Assembly: GCA_963777955.1 (NCBI GenBank)
Contig: CAVZSQ010000017.1
Span: 96,001-160,000, forward strand
Direction: 5' to 3'
Length of the DNA: 64,000 nucleotides
From: Calditrichia bacterium
GTDB taxonomy: Bacteria; Calditrichota; Calditrichia; JAJRVZ01
A program made the translations under genes and the position numbers. Below, piece after piece: positions 63,456 to 64,000 of this stretch. The stretch's first letter is position 1. Each line of letters begins with the position of its first letter. The notes beneath the pieces were generated by a model. The model saw only the letters and a program-made list of their open reading frames with translations. It had not been told where the DNA came from and searched no databases.

Positions 63456-64000
63456 GTCGGATTCAAGTATAACCGGGAAAACTTTAGTTAGGATTCAAGT
63501 ATTCGGTAGGATGATTACAACCAACTAATAATAAAATCATTAAAAATAGAAAGTGCTTTTGTTTAAAGGAAGTGAATTTTTTCCAGGAAGTCGGTATACA
63601 CAATGTTTTAGAATATATAATCATTGTGGCCTAATTCGTTATAAAAAATTAATGATTACGTCTAATCGTGGATTAATAGCAACCATAAAATAGGTATAAA
63701 CTAGGCAGACATCAAATAATTTAATATGTATTGTTCCTAGTCAACATAGAAAATAACAAACCATTTAGATAAAAGGTAACGATTACTTTGGCGAATCATT
63801 TGCGGTTAAAAAAAGATAAAGCACTACACAAAGAGGCAAAGGTATGCGCAGGGATCGCTGAGACTACCCGAAAACACCTTTTGATTACTTAATTACTTTT
63901 TGCCGGATTACTATAGTTTCTTTCTTTGCCTCTTTTTCCCTTTACCCTTTTTGTACATATTTTATTTGATTAGTATCATGTTAATTACCTGTTAATAATA

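Noticed and set aside
7000..63500. Many split genes (about 7030, 8575, 24230, 46685, 50300, 54075, 61370) as pseudogenes or programmed frameshifts
   Set aside because: They hit essential genes (yidC, prenyl synthase), both halves are otherwise intact and no shared slippery motif is evident; indel errors are more likely. Frameshifts inside cassettes are ambiguous for the same reason.
62183..64000. oriC upstream of rpmH
   Set aside because: No dnaA and no TTATCCACA box cluster seen.

Overview
Bacterial chromosomal segment with an outer membrane (LPS genes waaA, GT9, gmhB). Secreted proteins ending in a 'NYPNPFNP' FlgD/T9SS-like domain suggest an FCB-adjacent lineage such as Calditrichota (inference). 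1-8.8 kb: TonB-dependent receptor, CBM20-esterase, deoC, a giant LVIVD + Ig-repeat surface protein and DUF502. 9.17-20.57 kb: an AT-rich integron-type cassette array with an attI-like site, about 19 attC-like sites, two toxin-antitoxin cassettes and no integrase in the window (CALIN-like). The array repeatedly carries ORF-less cassettes whose only cargo is a conserved three-hairpin element with compensatory base changes. It also shows G|AT instead of G|TT crossover cores, chimeric attC arms, a 30-bp palindromic mini-cassette and two high-GC genes fused to pieces of the empty cassette. 20.7-62.2 kb: mostly housekeeping genes, ending in the rpmH-rnpA-yidD-yidC-mnmE-mnmG-rsmG cluster with two parS sites. 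Many single-base frameshifts, including in essential genes, look like sequencing/assembly errors.
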